From: Blastocystis sp. Blastoise
Taxonomy: Eukaryota > Protista > Bigyra: Opalinata
DNA length: 64,000 nucleotides
Reading direction: 5' to 3'
NCBI GenBank assembly: GCA_039096225.1
Contig: JBBPEB010000009.1
Span: 682,001 to 746,000, forward strand
In this document: positions 59,116 to 64,000 of the stretch, piece by piece
Layout of the letters: each line of letters opens with the position of its first letter
How positions within the stretch are numbered: the first letter of the stretch is position 1
Notes under the pieces: generated by a model
The model's input: only the letters and a program-made list of their open reading frames with translations
Told to the model about the DNA's origin: nothing
Databases searched by the model: none
Program-made: the position numbers and the translations under genes

Positions 59116-62100
59116 AAAATATTTTTATTTAATCGTATATTATTGTTTTTATTATTAATATATATATATTCATTTATATAGTATCTTCTCTTGTTGATTC
59201 AAGTGCTAATTGGAAATATTCTACTACTGTTGACTCTTATTCTTGGAAGGAAAATAAGATAGACGAATTTGGTGAAGACTATAACAATAAAGAAATAAAG
59301 AATGCTGGAGTTACTACTTATTTTAGAAAAGATATTACTATAGATGATTCATTTGCTGTTCTTCAATTATCTATTCAAAGTAAAAGTGGATTTATTGTTT
59401 ATGTAAATGGAATTCAAGTGTATACTTATTTATTACCAGAGTATGTTTATTTTTATTATATTTAATAAACATATATTTATTTATAGATCCTCAAAAATCA
59501 ATGAAAATACTCCTTCTCAATCTCTTGAAGATATTCCTACTTATAAACAGTATATATATCTTATTAACATTAATCTATCATATATATAGTATTATCGTTC
59601 CTAAAAAATTATTTGGTTCTTCAACTTCTCTTACTACATTGAAAATAGCTATAGAATTACATACTACTGCTGATCATCCTGAACTTCTTTCTTCTTTTGA
59701 TGTTCTTAGTTATATTACGAATTCTAAAGGTATATACATAATAATAATATATATATATTATAGATTCTATGGATACCCTCTCTATGCTTGCCTCTCGAAG
59801 ATTACAGGATATCCCTACATATACTATGAACGCCTTTGAAGAGAATCAATCTATTGATTTCTCTACTATATTATCTCTTTCATTATCGAATTGTGTTCTA
59901 TCTACTGATTTACCTACTGGTTTAACACTATCTTCTAATTGTATTCTTTCTGGTACTCCTAAAGAAGTAAAATCTGCTGAGTATACTCTTTCTTATAACT
60001 ATGGTGAAAGTTCTTCAAATACTTATATATTTAATCTTCAAATATTATGTAATCGAAGTAGTTGTTCACATATACGTGTTCATAGAAGTACAACATATTA
60101 TGCTTCTTATGAAACAGTTATTGTTAGATCTGAAGATGGAAATGAAATAGATACTATCGTTCAAAATAATTATTTGTATAAAGATTATGATTATTATGGT
60201 CCTGTAGGTACATGGTCTTTTGAATTAATAGAAGTAGTCAAGAGTATTTGGTATACAGGATCAACTATGACTGTAAAAGTTATAGATGATCTTAGTAGTA
60301 CATCTGCTCTTGTTACTTAAATGAGAACTATGTATAAGTCTCCTGAGACTTATTACGTTAATACTAATTATTCTATGTTAATGAAATCTGAATGGAAATA
60401 TAATACTTATGATTCTTTACCTACAGAGTGGTATGGATCTTCTGTTGATAATTCTACTTGGTCTACTATTAATGGTGGTACTGCTATTGCTCCTACTGAT
60501 ACGAATCAGTATTTTGTATTCCGTAAAACTATTAATACTCCTTCTATTGCTAATCAAGAGTATTTTATATTACGTTATAAAACATTATCAAATACAAAGA
60601 TCTATATAAATAATCATGAACTTGCTGTTTATGGATTTATTGATGGCTATTTAGATTCAACAGATGCCTCTACTATTATAGAACAAACAGCAACAGGTCC
60701 TCTCTCTCTATTTGACAATCAAGAAACTATTACTATTTCTGTATTACTATTTGATAGACTACATACTAGTGATATATCATTTGATGCTTCTCTTATAATG
60801 GTTGTTGATATTAGTCTTCCAATTTATGGTAACTATGAAATAACAACTACAAATACCCTTGATACAACAGGATTTGGATCAGTTGTGGACTTAGACGTTG
60901 ATTCATATATAACTATTATAGGTAATTCAGATAATACTAATCCTATATTATCAATAGCAACTAAAGATGGATATAATTATATAAATAGATACTGTATAGC
61001 TTATTATGATTCTATTTTTCTTTATGCACCAAAATCATGGAAAGTGGAATCTATAGATATAAATGGTAATCGTCATGAACATTCAGTTGTAGAAGATGCA
61101 TTTAATTATTATACTCCTCAAAGAAGATGTTTCTTATTATCTAATGTTACTACAGGTATCAATAAATTAGAATTTACATTAACAAATAATATGCTTAATA
61201 AAGTTGATAATTATTATTATATATCTGAGATTGAATTATTCGTAGATGATATTACTTCTGATACAGTACCATTATCTACTTCTTCTAATCCTTATATAGC
61301 TTATGATAACACAACCATATTAGTATCATTTACTAATTCGGATTACTATCATGATTTTACTATTACTCCTTCTCTTCCTGATGGACTAACACTTGATACT
61401 ACTACTGGTTCTATATATGGTATTATTCATGGAGAGAATGGCAATACTGATTATACTATACATGCTACGTCTATGGTAAATACTCCATATGAATATACAT
61501 TTACTATTCATATTCAATCATGTCAATTTCCTTATAATTTTGTTCATATCCAATTAGAATATGAACAAGAAGTTGTTTACGAAGTTACACTAAAAACTAG
61601 TACAACTAATCAAGAAATGATAAATCATAATCATATCCTAGAAGAAAGTTCAGAAGAATATAATATATGTCTGTTTCCATCAATATACATAATATATGTG
61701 TATGTTATGAAAAAAGGGTCACATTTAGCATCCCATGTATATGTCAATAATAATTATTATGGAGAATTTATTCCATATAGTAATTTTTATCTCTTTTTCA
61801 CTCAATATGCTGATGCATCTAAGATGTCTGTTGCTTATTCTTATGATAATATAACCCCTCCTAAGCATTGGACTACAAATCTATTTAATGATAATCTATG
61901 GTCTACAGTTCCTTCTTCTTCTTCTCTTCCTGATGTTCCTAGTGATAGTATTACTCAGTATTATAGAATACATTATCCTATAGAAGACCTAATATCTGAC
62001 AGTAATCAATTTGATATAACTGTATCTACCTATGCTGGTATAATTATATATATAAATGGTCATGAAATAAGAAGAATAAATATGAATGACGATAATAATA

Positions 62101-64000
62101 TAAAATATAATACATTAGCTACTGCTGGTTATACTGAATATAAATCATTTAGATCTAAAATTAGCCACTATATAGATCCAAGTATACGTCTTATAGGTGA
62201 TAATATTATTGCTATCGAAATACATAAATATAATAATGTTATTCAACCAAGGAATGGACTTTCAATAGTAATTAACCTTATTAATAAAAACAGTGTACCA
62301 ATAACAGCTTCATGGTCTGTAAACGGTGATGTAGATCCTAAATATCCATTAAGTAATCTATATGATGGTGATTATAAGACATACACAAAAGTACTTAATA
62401 AATGTTCAAATACTATATTTACGTATACATATAATAATGAAACATGTGTAGATGTAAATCAGTTTCTTCTATATTATAAGCATGATATGAGCATATCCTA
62501 TAGTCCTGAATCTATTGTAATAGAAGCAACATATAATAATGGAGTACAATGGAATGAACTATATTCAATAGATGGAATGATGATGAACAATTATTATTCT
62601 GGAGATATTTATTTAGATAAATGTTATAATTCATATCGTGTAAGAATTACAAAATGTGGAACAGATCCAGATATATCTGAAAGTGAAAGTGAAAGTATGA
62701 CTATTTTGAATGAACTAAAATATTCTAGTAACACTCTTCTTACTTGTTTAAGAAAAAACTGGTCTGTATCAAGACATAACAAATATTCTTATAAAATTTG
62801 TCCTAAAGGATATACTAGTAATGCAAGAGTTTTATGTTTAAACTATAGATTTACAACTTTAGAAGGTGACTCATCCTGTATAAAAATTAATCCTTCTAAA
62901 TTATATTTTGAAGAAACAAATGCTATTATTAAAAAGAATGATTTCTATGAACAATATTATAGTATAGATGCTGTTGATACTGTTATTACAAGTACTCCTT
63001 CTCTTCCTGAAGGCATTATGATAGATTCTGTAACTCAAAGAATTTATGGTACTCCTACTAGTGTATCTCCTAGAACTACTTATACTCTCTCTTATACAAA
63101 TGATGAAGGCACTATTGTTGACTTATCTCAAATCTCTATGATAGTTATAGGTTTACCATGTTTAGCTGATAATAATTGGCCACAAACTAATCCTGATTCT
63201 ACTATTTCTCTTTCTTGTCCTCAATATTATGAAGGTAATATATATAGATTATGTAGTTATAAAGGTGAATGGGAAGAAGCTAATACTAATGAATGCATAT
63301 TTAGTGGTTCTACTCCTTGTACTGGTACTACTTATTATAATGGTAATGAATGTGAAGAATGTATAAATGGTATTATTACGTCATTTAAAGGTAATAATAT
63401 ACAATGTACTCTTTGTAATGATAATGAATTCGTATATAATAATCAATGTGTCGATAATGATGCTACTTGTCCTGCTGGTACTATTGATTCCTATTTATAT
63501 CCTGAAACTAATATATTGAAGAATGGTATCGTTAATTGTACTAGTGAAAATCAATACGGTTATTATAAAGTATATTGTGATTACATATCTGAACCCACTT
63601 GGTCTAATGATATTCATAAAGATCGTTGTTGTATGTTTTATTATTGTTATAATTATTATGTTAATATTTATTATTTTCTATAGATCCTCGACCTGTTTCT
63701 ATTCCTGGAAAAGCTTTAGAATCATTAGATTATTCTATGAACTTAAAGACAACTATTGATGATATTTATTCTTTATTAGTATCTTTAGCAAGAACATTTG
63801 TAAATACTTATTCATATCAACTTACCGATCTTCTTCTTATTACAGATTATATAACTGGTGATAATGTATATTATTTTTTATTATTTTTATATTATATTAT
63901 ATATAGGCTACTCATACTCTTCTTCATGCATATTATGGTTCAAATAGAGATTTCTATTCTTCTTCTTATTCTTCTAAAAGACAAATATTTCTGAATACTA
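59095..64000 (+). pseudogene. Second surface-protein paralog (galactose-binding-like, F5/8C-like, He_PIG and Cys-rich modules) lacking signal-peptide exons, with an in-frame TAA at 60318-60320; continues past the window end
   Basis: Exons at about 59182-59440, 59488-59549, 59590-59729, 59764-63630, 63684-63865 and 63907 onward. The first four introns fall at approximately the same positions, and in the same phases, as in the 12326-21095 gene. Shared motifs STYAGIIIYINGHEIRRINM, IAIEIHK, PSLPDGLTLD. It could be functional if started at an internal ATG. Confidence 0.65.

Overview
This is a very AT-rich, intron-dense eukaryotic nuclear window, not a prokaryotic one, so the ORF track is fragmented by introns and padded with microsatellite antisense ORFs. 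Gene content and style suggest an anaerobic stramenopile of the Blastocystis/Opalinata type (inference). Manual splicing supports about 16 loci: a cupredoxin-like protein (partial), mitoribosomal mL54, a PHO80/U-type cyclin, RBM48, histidine ammonia-lyase, a ~2,650-aa type-I surface protein, a DDT/WHIM/4xPHD chromatin protein, a multipass membrane protein, an MIT-domain protein, ERD2, MIOS, a legumain homologue, RPAP1, CBP/p300, a BTB-like gene cut at its TLDc-like start, and a second, 5'-truncated surface-protein paralog. The most notable observations are: (1) a GC-rich motif TTCCC(GC/GT/AC)G, often the palindrome TTCCCRYGGGAA, recurring about 16 times, mostly inside exons in different frames and using rare codons, which points to a DNA-level signal; (2) a U12-type AT-AC intron with a branch point, in the same window as the minor-spliceosome factor RBM48; (3) single in-frame TAA codons at nearly homologous positions in both surface-protein paralogs; (4) an out-of-frame chimeric junction between the BTB-like gene and the second surface gene; (5) an intronless legumain whose catalytic Cys is replaced by Tyr. 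All coordinates were derived by hand and may be off by a few bases.
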